A stretch of DNA of 64,000 nt from Balanoglossus misakiensis (taxonomy: Eukaryota > Animalia > Hemichordata): assembly GCA_040954595.2 (NCBI GenBank), contig CM082584.2, forward strand, positions 6,452,110-6,516,109. Direction: 5' to 3'. The position numbers and the translations under genes were made by a program. Positions within the stretch are counted from its first letter, which is position 1. Each line of letters starts with the position of its first letter. The notes beneath the pieces were generated by a model. The model saw only the letters and a program-made list of their open reading frames with translations. It made no database searches and was not told where the DNA came from. Positions 26,101-38,300 of the stretch are shown here, piece after piece.

Positions 26101-29100
26101 AAATGCGCATCGTCTGTAGTCTGTAAGACAAGAGGTGTGGGCGTTTTATTCAACGCACTAACTATTTCACACCTAAAACAGACTATAAACAGTTTAAAGG
26201 TGTTTATTCTCCGTTCGGAGTTGGGTCCTACGTCATCAAACCCTTAAGTCTTATAGATAGTAGAGCCTTAATTGAAAAATACCGGTATAAAAGTCCGAGA
26301 CCGAAGCATTCAACAATAAAAAAAGAGAAACATCACATAGAGTAAAGACACTGTGTTAAATCCATTTTTACAATTAGGGAAATGTCCGGGTTTTAGATCT
26401 CTTCTTTTCGAATTGCATATTAGTGGTATTAGTACCTTAGTCCTATATTTGTCAGACATGCCCAATTTTTACACCTAGTGCAGCACGCGCACGGACGTTT
26501 ATTTTCAAATGGCCATCTTTGTTACATGTAAGCTCACCAGTCTGGCCATGGAAACCCAATAAACGGCGCTCAGTGAAGCTGCTGGTCTAATCCGACGAAA
26601 ATCTGAAAACACGAACCGATTGCGAGTATATGATGAGTCTAACACAATCACACGCAATCTGCGAACACATGGGGACAGACGTTTGTTATAATTCCGCGAA
26701 CAATTTGATCACATCTCATCTCTGTTCCCTGAGGGCGCAACATCGATGTTGACTTATCTTGATTTAGAGTATGACGTCATAGCGAAGGGTAAAAACTGTA
26801 TAAATCACGTAATAGCACGTGTGTTCACGGCTTGTAAAGTGAGCGCGTGTTGTTTAAGCTTAGCCATGTGCCCGGTTGGTGCCAAGAAGAAGACGCATAT
26901 AAAATTCCACAGGGTTTAGGCCTATATCAGACAGAAAGTAGCAATTACGAGAAAAAAACATCGCCTGTTTTATGTTTATGTAATAAACGACCTATAAATG
27001 CGCTGCTTCTGGTGCGTGACTCAATAGAGAAGCGCTCTAGGTTTACTTACAAATAGGTATTTATGTTCTTTTATTTTTGCCACGTCCAGGTGACCCCCTA
27101 TCCAGATGTAGTTACTCAATCGACACCGTTTTTTTCTTCACACTTCACGTGCATGCTTTATTAGTAAAAACCCCAAGGAAGTGCCCGAGTTTAGTGACAC
27201 AAAAGATATCTTTTACCGAATTCACAATGACCCGAAAACACCTCTTTGTCCGATTTCTGCCACGGGCAGGTTTTACGACTAGTATACCGCGACACGGTCA
27301 GACGGATCTGTCAGAGGCTAACGCCAGTCTGACACTGACAGGCTAAAAGACGAAAGCCGCCACAGGAAGTGCCCTTTTTGTAAATAGCCTACTTGCGTCA
27401 TGTCTCTTCTTAATAAATCCTTAAAGTGACGTAAGGCTGCGATACAACCTCAAGCAAGAGACCTGGTATAGTACTAATAGGGGCTCAGTTGTCTGAAATA
27501 CAACGACGTTCTTTTGGCGTTGCTTTTGTCACCACCGATATGCCTCCCACACCCCGTCCGACTTGAAAGCCAAAAGGTTCACTCACTCCTGCCTTTGCAA
27601 GACCATCTCCTCCGTGAATAACGACTTTCGTGTATCCAAAAAGGCAAAGATCATTCTCGGTTCACCCGTTCATAATTCATGCATGAAACTGAGAGGTGAC
27701 GAATCTCACGTGGATTTTTGGTGTTGATAGATATCAGGTGAACGGTTTTGCCATATACTATAATAAAACCCATGGGCGATTTTTCCCGCAAGAAATTAAC
27801 GATCATCCTGATCCGGGGCTCTCCAAACGACTCGACTTGCATTTTTGTCCGTTCCTTGGGGACTGGTTTGAGCAAAAAGCCTTGACGATTGGTCCGATTT
27901 TGTCATAATCTGCAACGTCTGCCAGCAGCTGAAAAGGAACATCCACCCGGGACAAAAAAATCATATTTCTAAGTTCCACAATGCAGTGCGTATACCTCCA
28001 ATGGGGTTGGATCATGCGACACTCGAGCTCCGACGTCGACGTGTCGGTACATAACCCATTGGTGTATTGCGACTAGACTCTCTCACAGCCCCCTCGCCGT
28101 GCATGCAGGCTTATGGTATTACGATCTGCTTCTGTGATGTACTATAGCAGTATCTTTTAAAACACGAATCTTAACTTTTCTCAGCGTTTACGCAGCACAC
28201 AACTTAATTCAGCATGGATCATCGATAGGGATTTCTTATTTATACTTTCTACTGATTCGGCCACGCGGAAACGTTGGCAACCGAACAACCGTCCCATTGC
28301 TATTACTTGCAAGATTCTCTGCTGAAAACGAACTATAAAAGACAGCTGTATATCAAAGCTAAGAAGGCCCCTGTCTTTTCTGCCTTCATGCATGTTTAAA
28401 AGTTCAGGACATACTATTTTTCAAATACATAGCAACGAGACTATGTCGCCCCAAGTAATATGCGTGCTAAGACCGTTTTCAGACAATGCTGTCAACCCCA
28501 AAAGCAAACAAACAAACAACAGCAACAACAGTATGTGTACCTAAAAATGAAAATTCCACATATAGAAACTAAAATCTGTCACTGCTGTATCGAATTCCCC
28601 ATAGGCTAAATCTAGTGAACAAACCTTTGCGTAACAACATACCTTACATGTATGAAAAACAGTCGGCGTTACTTGAATCACCAGTGTATACTGCTACGTG
28701 CCTTGAAGGTCTTGCTCTGAGGATAGGCAAAAGTGTGCCCTTTCTCAGACTCCCCAGAAGACATTCTGGGCAGACGACTCCTATACCTGTATTTGTTTCG
28801 GCTTATACAAAATGTGTGTAGGCCTATACCTGTTAAGCAATGGGTCGCGCGCCACCTACGGGCTAGCAATGCAGTGAAGGAGCTTACACGATGCACCCCG
28901 GGAAAGGATATTGTATTAAATCAGAAAAGGTGGGTTTCTTATATATAGTATAACGCTGTATGTCACCCGCACATGTTTTTTCAAAGGAACTTTGTCATCG
29001 AAGGCAACATAGAACCCTACAAAGCACAAGCTTATATTATCATAATGCCATTTGATAAGCTTACTGGTGCTTTACTCAAAACCGGAAAATGCTCATTTTT

Positions 29101-30685
29101 TGTAATGTGTCATACAAAGGATTTGCCTGATAGTGGATTTCGCTTCCTAAAAGTTAATATTTCCTTCGGAAAAAATCAGATGGTTTTGCGTTACCATGAT
29201 AGGTCTCGTTCTCCGACTCGATGACAGTGCTTGAAAATATATAATACTTGGGCTTTTTCCGATGGCCAACAATTCTGCCAACACTACGGGGAGAAATTAC
29301 ATTTACTTATTCTTCTTATTATTTTAAAAATGGCCAAAAGCGCTTTGTTGCGCGTACCCAGCGGTAAATATGAATGTAGTTTCCGTTACATCTGGACCAT
29401 TACTCAAAAAGGCGAAGATTTAGGTTTTCGGTTAGATGTCGACAATACGCGTCACCATGCATGCATTATTCACAAAGCAAATGACGTTACTAAGAGCAAC
29501 GTATGGCTGCGTGAACCCACAACATGTCCTACGTAAATCCTCCACTATATATAGTCATATAAATTGGCTCAGACTATATCTAGGAGACATCATCTACGGA
29601 TGTTTCCATGCTCCCCATTCAACAGGTTGTTCGCTCGTAAAGACTGTGGCAGGTTGAAAAGAAAATATCAGATAAAGGATATTAGTCTCATCCTGTCGTG
29701 ACTCGAAGATCCGTTGAAAAGGTGAAAGTCGTGATACAAACTGCTAATGCCGTTGGACAAAGCCAAAATTGACGTGGTACAGAAAAGCGCAGGTTGCGTA
29801 TTTTGCGGACCGTGGGAGTATAGATTAAATGGCACCCACAACACGTAAAATAATATATGCCAACTTCATGGCAGATGATCTGATGAAGTAACCCCGTGTA
29901 CCCCGCGATTGGACTCAGTGCCAGAGAGAGAGCGTACGGTATGGTACGTCACATCCAACGACCAGTACCCGCGGTTACCGACGCAATTTTACCCGCGGAG
30001 ACATTTATCTGACGCGTTCGATCAAATGAGGCACGGTAAATCATATTTGAGACAGACAGGCAGACATAACACGTGACGATTACTTCAAATCGCTGAGCTT
30101 TATCTTAGATGGTGTGATGATGATAATCTTTGATGGTATTCCAGATACTTCACCGGTCGCGTTAACACTGAAGACACAGATTTATAACGTCTTCACTCCT
30201 TCCTGACGCGAAAGACACAGTGATTGTATAGTAAGCACTTAGTAATTAGCAATCCTAACTCCAAGCACGATTGTCTCGGATCGACAGTCCGTGAATCTAT
30301 CGCAATGCTAACCATCGAAGGCAGGCCGTGAAATTATTCTGCGATCACGGATTAGTCGAGAGATTACCGTCCACGATCATTATAGAACAATCGATTTGCG
30401 AAACGGTTTACTGGGCGGCCGGGGTGTTGAGCGAATGAGCGCAAGAAAACATGATGACCAGATCAAAGCAACTGGCATTATGCTTCGAAATCGTACGAAA
30501 CTGCAATCTGTGCAAAATCGAGTTGAGAGTTTTCACTTTCTAGGAGTAAGACTTTCAGTTTATACCCCCCCCCCCCCCCAGAAATCTTCAATCTGGGGAA
30601 AGCAGAGATGAATTGTAAATCGCAAGCGTTCCAGCATAATATTACTTGCTCCCTCTTTTCAATATAAGATGACAATATCACAATA

Positions 30686-30713
30686 ATTTATTTATTTATT
30701 TATTTATTTATTT
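30686..30713 (+). repeat. (TTTA)n microsatellite
   Basis: Direct reading. Confidence 0.9.
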
Positions 30714-32347
30714 GTGTATTTAGGCCTATGTGTTCCTTATTGTTTATAGCTGTCTGCCTGTTTTGTTTTGCTAAGCGTGTTTCTGCTAGACAGATGCGCA
30801 AGCAACTACGACATCACACATGTGAATAGTTTAATTTATAGGGTAAGTTATGTTTTTGTGCCTGTGTCGTCGGCACGTATTTTGCAAATAACAGACGTGG
30901 GCCTATAGATCTACTTTTACTGTCGTTATCAAGGAGTCGTGTGCGACAGTGAATGAAAGTGTTATATACGCATTGCGATACGGTTACGTACATGGACCAT
31001 CTTCGCTTTCCAAGGACTCTTAATTGAGAGTCAGGCCAGGCCAATGCTTTGATAAGAGGCTTACAGATGCTACCTGAAAACAGGGTTAGTCAATTAGTGA
31101 GGTAGTTTAGCTCAGACTGTATTCGAGCTAACGACCCGTGCGCGCAGACCGTGTATATGCATGGGTATTAGCTTTATATCAGGTGCATGGCGTTATGTGT
31201 ATATTGAGTGAGTTTTTCAAGACCAAAAAAAAACAAGTGGATTTTATACCACGGTCGATATACTCAGAGTAATCACGTGACAATCTTCCACTAAACCAAG
31301 ACCACAAATCCTAACCGTCTCCACAGCAGAAATTAAGATTATTTTATAATATGATAATCGTTTTCATTAATTGCAAGATACATTCACAACGATGATAGAT
31401 ATCATAGACAAGTACAGACCGGGGCAAGTTGTGAAGTTTGGGATTGAAGAGATATTGAACAGGTGGAAGAAAAATTTAAAGCATAATATACACAGATTGA
31501 CTGAAGTTCTGGAAAATGAAACTCGGTAACATGATGCAAATCATTGATCACTAATAACAACAACATAGTAATCGTGGTATTTAAAGATTATCGAATTATC
31601 GTAAACGACTCCGTTATATATATTTTATGCGTTTAAAGGTCGACGTCGATAAAGTATGTACAAGGCATTTTCGAAGTTTAAAGTCACCTTAAATTTATTA
31701 TGACAGTTACAGTTGGCCATACGGAGTGGTTGGGGGGGATATGGGCGAGTGAGTGGACGAGTTATTGCACTAAAGTCGACATCGCGGATCGAATAGTTTT
31801 CTTACCTGTTCTCGGTGGCATTCTGAGAGCTTCTTCTTGCGTTAGAAGCTCGGAGTCATTTCTGGAGACGTTGCGGCACAGCTAATCACTTCCTAGCAAA
31901 CAACTGATCCAGTTAATTACCCACACACCACAGAACTGGATGCGTTTTCTTATAACAATCACTGCCGGGTTTTTTTCATATATAGAAGATCGCAATTTCT
32001 CGTGGGAATACAGTCACTGTTATCGGCCTACTAAATTATTTGTAAATCGACTTATTGAAATGAAATTGAAAATTGTGGGGGAACAGAACATCTGCCTGCG
32101 TTATATGTAAACATTTCACAATCTTGGGTAATATCGTATCAACATTAATATATAATTTAGATACCCTTTCATCAAGACCGGATCTGCAGGGCGTTCGGTC
32201 GCACCTGTTTTTATACAAAATGATCATTAATTTCTTTGAGGAGAATGAATTCTTTTCTAGTCCAGCTTCCGTTAGCCATCAATTGTATATTTCATTTATT
32301 ATTTTTCTGTGTTCACGATTAACCATTTCGAACCACCACTATGCCGC

Positions 32348-32397
32348 TATCATTATCACCATCATGATCGTCATCATCATCATCATCATCATCATCA
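32348..32397 (+). repeat. (ATC)n microsatellite, imperfect
   Basis: Direct reading. Confidence 0.9.
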
Positions 32398-33335
32398 CTA
32401 CTCTGTTATGTCGTATTAAAGATTCATCAATATATCGCACAGTCTGATATAAATCAGTTGTACACAAGCAAATTAGGCATTCTTGTTGTGGACACATATC
32501 ACAATTTGTGTGACAAAAATAAATGAACAACAACAACCAACCTGTAGACCTACGCTACACTTTCCCTCAATGCTATAACCCTAGCATCTGCGGAAATCTC
32601 GCGTACACTCGTGAGAGTATGGTCCCTGCTTCAGTTTTGCGAAACACTGCTTCCTTCCATTGGGAACTGCAAGTGTACAGTATTTGCGCCGACATGCAAC
32701 TTTTTTTTTGTAATCATCAACCGACTGTGATGGAAGCTTGTCGGAGCAATTTCCCCCGGGGTCGTTTTTACACAGCGGCATAGAAAATCGAACACATCCC
32801 ACACTGTCGGGCCGTTTCAAGTTCGTCGTTGTCAGACGCGTGCTGGCTAACGGCTATCATCATCACTCACCTACACGGACGTTTCGTCATCTCCATACAG
32901 ATAATAACGGAACAGTGGCAAAACTATCTAGAGCAGAACGACCTGCAGTGTGATCTTTGATTTACTGCAACACCTCTAGATGTTTGAGAGAAAAGCCCAG
33001 GCTTGGACTTCCAGTGCCATCACAAGTATACTTTCATATCAAACCTAAAACTGATTCTGCAATGCATGATGGGTGAAAAAAAACAATGGCTCAGTATATC
33101 ACAATGTCAGTAATACTGTACTTTATTTTCAATGTTTATTACTGAATTTAACAATGCTATAGATATGAATAAAAAGTACGAATGTCTGAAAAAATAGAAA
33201 TCTTGAATAGAATAATGTAAAAATAAATTCATAGACATCTTGATAATCCTCCAACTGCATTTGGTGACCACTGTCCTGACATACACACACGCACACACAG
33301 GTTTTTTTCACTTTTGCTGGACACTCACGATAGTA

Positions 33336-33483
33336 CAGTCAAACCTGTGTTAGTGGCCACCTCTGTATAGTGGCCACTATGTTACAGTCCCTGTGTGATT
33401 CACATGTGTCTATAAAGGCCACCTGTCTATAAAGGCCAGTTTAGGAAAGTCCCTCGACTGGCCACTATAGACAGGTTTGACTG
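33336..33483. mobile_element. MITE, TA TSD (Tc1/mariner-like), overlapping the LRRC42 stop codon
   Basis: TA-CAGTCAAACCTGT ... ACAGGTTTGACTG-TA, with internal CCTGTCTATAAAGGCCA-type subrepeats. Confidence 0.9.
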
Positions 33484-35282
33484 TAGCTCTGTAGTAAATG
33501 CATTTCTTCTTCGTCTAGTTCACAACGACCTCTATTATGGCAACCAGATCTCTTCCTTGCATCATCGCTACCTCCTGGATTCTGGGTTGTTTCTACCTGA
33601 TCACGAGGAGAGGACATGAAATCGTCAACATCAACATCTCCTGGCAGTGGCATTCTGTGGGCTTTAGCGGTTCTTCTATGTCTGGCTGCTGGTCCCTTCT
33701 TGTTACATTGAACTTGAACTCTCGGGGTTACATCTCGCCCTTCATACATTTGGTGGTTCTTTGAGACAAACCGAATGATTGGGCGATCGCTTGTCTTGAC
33801 TTCCTGGTGGATTTCTTTCAGTTCTTTTTCAACTTTCATTCTTTTATCTGAAAATGAATGTATATACGAGAACAAAGGTAACTTGTCATTTTCCTCTTTC
33901 TTCCTCCCATCCCATACACAAATAAGCACACACTCCAGCCCCTCCACTTACACTGTCTGAACGGATTTCCCATTTTCTCTTTGTTCGGTTGAGTGTACTT
34001 CTGAATCCAATCCACAACGAGAGGCGCTGCCCATCCTGATGTCTCCACTTCCACCTCATCCACCGTCTTGTCCGGTGTCCTCACACAGATCAGTGCAGTG
34101 TCTCTTTCAAGCCTTTCGATGCCTTTTCTCTGCAGTGTTAATTTACATGCAATATGCCAATGAATATTATAACACACCATGCAGCGAACCCTCGATCGTG
34201 ATTCGTCAATACGCTGTCATGTGACCTTAGTCATTTCGAACTGTTCCCTAGTACCTCACCACTGATGGCAAAGTTGTTGATCAACTCACCGTGACTTTTG
34301 ACCCTGACAAATCCAAGAACAGCAAGATCTTGAAAACCAACAAATACACCACACAACAGTCAGACAAGTTTGGATTTCCTGAAAGATTGAAACCTTGGTG
34401 AATTATACAAAATACAAATGGAAATTAAATAGTATAAATTTCTGGTTGATAGAAAGTGCAAATGAGCTGGAATATTGGTGTATACACTATGTGCTCAGTG
34501 GTAATTGACTAATTACTCACCTGAGAGATCCATATGTTTGAGTTTAGATGGCCCGGTAGCGAACACTCTCAATTTCGTAGTTAGTCGCTGGATGCCTACA
34601 TCAGAGAGGCCATTCTGCCTTAGCTTCAAACATTCCAAGCTGTAGATGATACATACAAATTGAATGGTTATCACATGGTAATGTGCATTGATCTGTTTTT
34701 GAATATGTCCATTTAACCATATATGGGCATATGTCAATCAGAGGTGGTTTAAACTCACCTCCCCATACTACCTATATGGAGTAAATATTCATGATCATCT
34801 CCCAGGTCACAGTTACTGACATCCAACTTAACCAGGTGGTTGAACTGCATCAGCAAATGAAGGCACTGGTTCAGCGCCAGGTACCGTCCGCTCATATTCA
34901 GTTCGTATAGAACGTCTTGCTCGTACGCGCAGCAGAAGAGCTGCAGGGCTTTCGTCTGGCGGTCATCGTCCAGGAAGACTCGGTGCTCCCTCGTGAGGTC
35001 AAACAGCGGTTTCCCGATGATGGACGGGAAATCTTGGAGCGACTCCACTAACTGGATGTGAGCGGCCACGAAATTCATGCAGATGACGAGCAGAGGCTTT
35101 GGTTTACCCGGTTTGCCGTGACGGCGTGGCGATGGTTCTTGACCGATTTCTCGCGTTTTATCTGGCGACTGGAAACTTTTCTTCACTTTCTTGACAGGGC
35201 GTAGTTGAGCATGTGACTTCCCACATTTCTGATACAAAACGCCATTCTCTGTCACATAGACATCCTCTTCTGAAGCCTCCAT
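33465..35282 (-). CDS. LRRC42: Leucine-rich repeat-containing protein 42 homolog; 5 coding exons: 35282-34759, 34639-34521, 34378-34290, 34129-33952, 33847-33465 (1293 nt, 430 aa)
   Basis: All introns are GT-AG with consistent phases (2,1,0,1). Motifs recalled from vertebrate LRRC42: YVTENGVL, SLQDFP, ALQLFCCAY, LDVSNCDLGDDHEYL, LRQNGLSDVGIQRLT, DLSGNPNLSD, TSGWA, and C-terminal LLQSY. AATAAA signals at ~33122-33140 (- strand). Confidence 0.92.
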
Positions 35283-35758
35283 TACGAACAGACAGTGACT
35301 GCTTCTATAACTTATCTGTCTGTAGTGCTTCTATCTGAAAGAAAAAAGGTACTAGAAAATACTTAGTACACAGTGGCTGAATCTGTCATGGACCAATGTC
35401 AGTACACAGTAGCATAAATATGCCTCCATTTCCTGTTTTTTTTGTCATTTTTATACTGGCAAATATTTTTGCAATTCTCTGTGAATCAGTATTATATCAT
35501 AAACAAATGTTTTTAACCTCACCTGCTCAAGTTGGCCGGTACACAGGGCTGAAGAAGCAACAACAGGGAGCAACGGTGCCTAACTCCCAGTTGACCCCTA
35601 CGTTAATCACGTGACCTGAAAGGTCAACGACAGATGCCTGTGCCACAGTAAGTTCCCAGAAAACACGCGACTGTGTGCATATATCACTGTTTACAGTAGG
35701 TACTGACACTGCGGAACTTGGACGCGTATGGTAGTGGCTAGCGCAAGGCAATACTCAC

Positions 35759-35920
35759 TTGGTTAAAAAAGACCAGCTCCGCAAAATACGGAAGGGTTCA
35801 TATTGTCGAGTACATATCAGCCGTATCGGGCCCTGGTCGATCGGTCATGGCTGCAGTGATGTTTTCGTGACGTCATCCGACTTCTTGGATTCAGCCAATC
35901 AAAGGCATCTACCAATCGAT
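35759..35920 (-). promoter_or_regulatory. LRRC42 promoter and non-coding first exon
   Basis: Donor AA|GTGAGT at 35759/35758 and acceptor TTTTTTCTTTCAG before 35334. Palindromic CRE TGACGTCA at 35868-35875. CCAAT at 35895-35899 and 35912-35916. Confidence 0.7.
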
Positions 35921-35940
35921 TGCTGTTCTAATTGAATTAA

Positions 35941-35988
35941 ATTACATTTAATTTGATTTAATTCAAATTAAATCAAATTAAATGTAAT
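35941..35988. repeat. Perfect AT-rich palindrome (23-bp arms, 2-nt spacer)
   Basis: ATTACATTTAATTTGATTTAATT-CA-AATTAAATCAAATTAAATGTAAT. Confidence 0.97.
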
Positions 35989-37876
35989 GTTGCTTTAGTC
36001 TTTTTATTGAAAAAACTCTTACAGCTTGAAAATACAAAAAAGTAAAGGGTGTGACTTCTAGCTCACCAGTAGAAAGTGATGGAATGTCAAGAGAACAGTA
36101 TCATCATCTTCGCTTTGACGTCAGTTTGGTTATTTTTGTTTCACATGGAAAGTCAATTATGTTGATCTGCTTGTGTCATCTCGATTCTTTACTTAAATAG
36201 CAATATTTAAAATATTCACAAAGTGGAAGTTTGCTCCTGAATCCCCGGCCGATTTACATGTATCAAAATAATGATCGTGGAGTTTTCCCTTCTTCAGTGA
36301 AACTGGCTCGTAACTGTATAGTAGTGAAATAGGTACTTAATACCACATAGGACTGTGGTACTACATACGTTATTACTAAGTAATAAGTGACGAAAAGTTA
36401 CAACGGCCCAATAAACCATTTACCAACCGATTGTTCTATATTGATTGAAAGCGGTAGGCCTAATCCCTCCCCGACTGATCTGTGATCAGATAATTTCACT
36501 GCCCTCCTTCGATGGTTAGCATTGCGATAGATTGGACTGTCCGGGGCAGTCGTGCCTGGGGTAAAATGATTGCTAATTAGTTACCATATATCCCGTATGC
36601 AAATCACCCCGTCTTTCGAGGCAGGAAGGAGCGAAGACGTTATAAATCTGTGTCTTGTTAACGCGATGAATATCTGGCGTACCTGATCCTCTGAATGCTA
36701 TCAGAGAATATCATCTTCACAGATAAAGCTCAGCGATCTAACAAAATAATGGCCACGTGATATATCTGCCTTTCTCAAGTCAGATTTACTGCGTCTGGGC
36801 CTAATTTGACAACGTCAGGCAAGCATCTCCGGGGGCCTGGGGTAAAATGTGTCGGTGATTGAAATGTGTCAGTGGAGGACCGTGCAAAACTCATCGCTGC
36901 AGACGATCAACGGCGTCAAGTGCTGCGTGGTGCACGTGCGCTGCGGGGTTGGCCATTGCTGATCAGAATTCACCCGCCGTGAACTTAAACATTATTTATT
37001 GATCGTCCCAGATCACTCAGAGTGGGCGTCCTTTAATTTGTACACACTCCCACGGTTCGTCAGAATTACACCCTGTGCCTTTTTCTCATTCTCCGGTGAA
37101 GCCTATACAACGACTTTAAATCTACACATCACGACGGCGAGATAAGACTTATCTCCCACGTCTGATATTTCAAGTGGAACCCGGCCCCGTTGACATATTT
37201 TTTTTTACGAGCGCGCCACCTGTTGAATGGTTACCACGGAAACACCCGTGGATGATGTTTCTCAGAGATAACCTTGAGTTTTATAAATAAGACAGGTTGA
37301 TGTTTCACTCATGCTGCCATTTGCTCTTTGTGAATAATGTACGTGGAGTCTGTTCGGCGGTTGTTGTCCAATTATAATACTACCCGTCTGTGGAGATGCT
37401 TCTGGAATATTGCGTTTTGGTAAGTTACCTTGCAACGACTACGAACTAGATTTTAGTTAATACAACTATAGCATTTATTCATTTATTTATTCTTTATTTT
37501 TATTTATTGTTTATCAGGCAATTTCCGTTATTATTTAGAGCATAAACGAACAGTATAGCTGGTACGTGTCGACGCAGCGGCTAAACGCAAACCGCATCAC
37601 GCGCACTTTCTCCTACAACAAGCCAGCTTTCGACAAAGTTAAGACATCCAACATGATTGCTATGGCAAATAAATGCCACGAGTCCAACATTCACCGCAAA
37701 ACATTTAAAGGGGTATAAAAATGTCGAGAGCTTCTGACATCCATTTAGACAATTCGTGATAGTTATTGCTCCACACACCGTGCACCATGTCCCATGCCAG
37801 CCGAACAATGCTCACTGAAATTCTGCAACGGCAGCAGCAGAAATGCGTTAGGGAACCAAATGTTGCCTTCTATCAA

Positions 37877-37948
37877 GGCCCCATGGTGTAATGGTTAGCA
37901 CTCTGGACTTTGAATCCAGCGATCCGAGTTCAAATCCCGGTGGGACCT
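37877..37948 (+). tRNA. tRNA-Gln, anticodon TTG
   Basis: GGCCCCATGGTGTAATGGTTAGCACTCTGGACTTTGAATCCAGCGATCCGAGTTCAAATCCCGGTGGGACCT: 72-nt cloverleaf with A and B boxes, and a T6 run at 37957-37962. Confidence 0.95.
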
Positions 37949-37953
37949 CGTCA

Positions 37954-38300
37954 ATATTTTTTGCTGATGATTTTATTCAATTTGATAATTTCAGAATCTG
38001 CGGAAGGTCTTCAAAACTTGATGTATACTGCCATCAATGGGATGTCACAGTAGATGTGCCAAAAACCAATTTTATTATTTTCAACATGAATAACCGAATG
38101 ATAAAAATATGCTTCAACAATTCATAGTGATTTGATTAGTCAAGCCAAATAATTATTATGTTTAGGTACGCTTTATATGGCAAATTTAAGCAAAACCATG
38201 TGACACTTAAATATGAAAGCAATGAATGCACTATTTACTGTCAGACGTTCAATTCTGTATGAAAACATAACTCCTGTCCTTTGTTTAAAACTTTTTAAAT
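37954..38300 (+). mobile_element. Decayed non-LTR retrotransposon reverse-transcriptase fragment (CR1/L2-group-like)
   Basis: Reading across frameshifts gives IFFADD...SESAEGLQNL...YCHQWDVTVDVPKTNFIIFN...LG...KAMNALF...LKLFK. This follows the LINE RT motif order YADD / S.EGLQ / W.L.VN..KT / YLG. Confidence 0.75.

Larger units (their letters stand above)
1..30430 (-). repeat. Left arm of a large degenerate inverted duplication (mirror of ~36400-59250)
   Basis: Reverse-complement matches seen by eye: 240-620/58740-59080, 951-1182/58242-58472, 3440-3750/56980-57290, 5240-5560/54530-54850, 6491-6785/52990-53284, 9092-9480/48155-48549, 17440-17600/45705-45870, 19811-20055/44636-44880, 25780-25990/42010-42205, 26690-26755/41095-41160, 29430-30430/36400-37340. 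Confidence 0.95.

Noticed and set aside
35798-35848. 16-codon uORF in the LRRC42 first exon
   Set aside because: The ATG is only ~20 nt from the CRE and may be upstream of the transcription start; it cannot be supported without TSS data.
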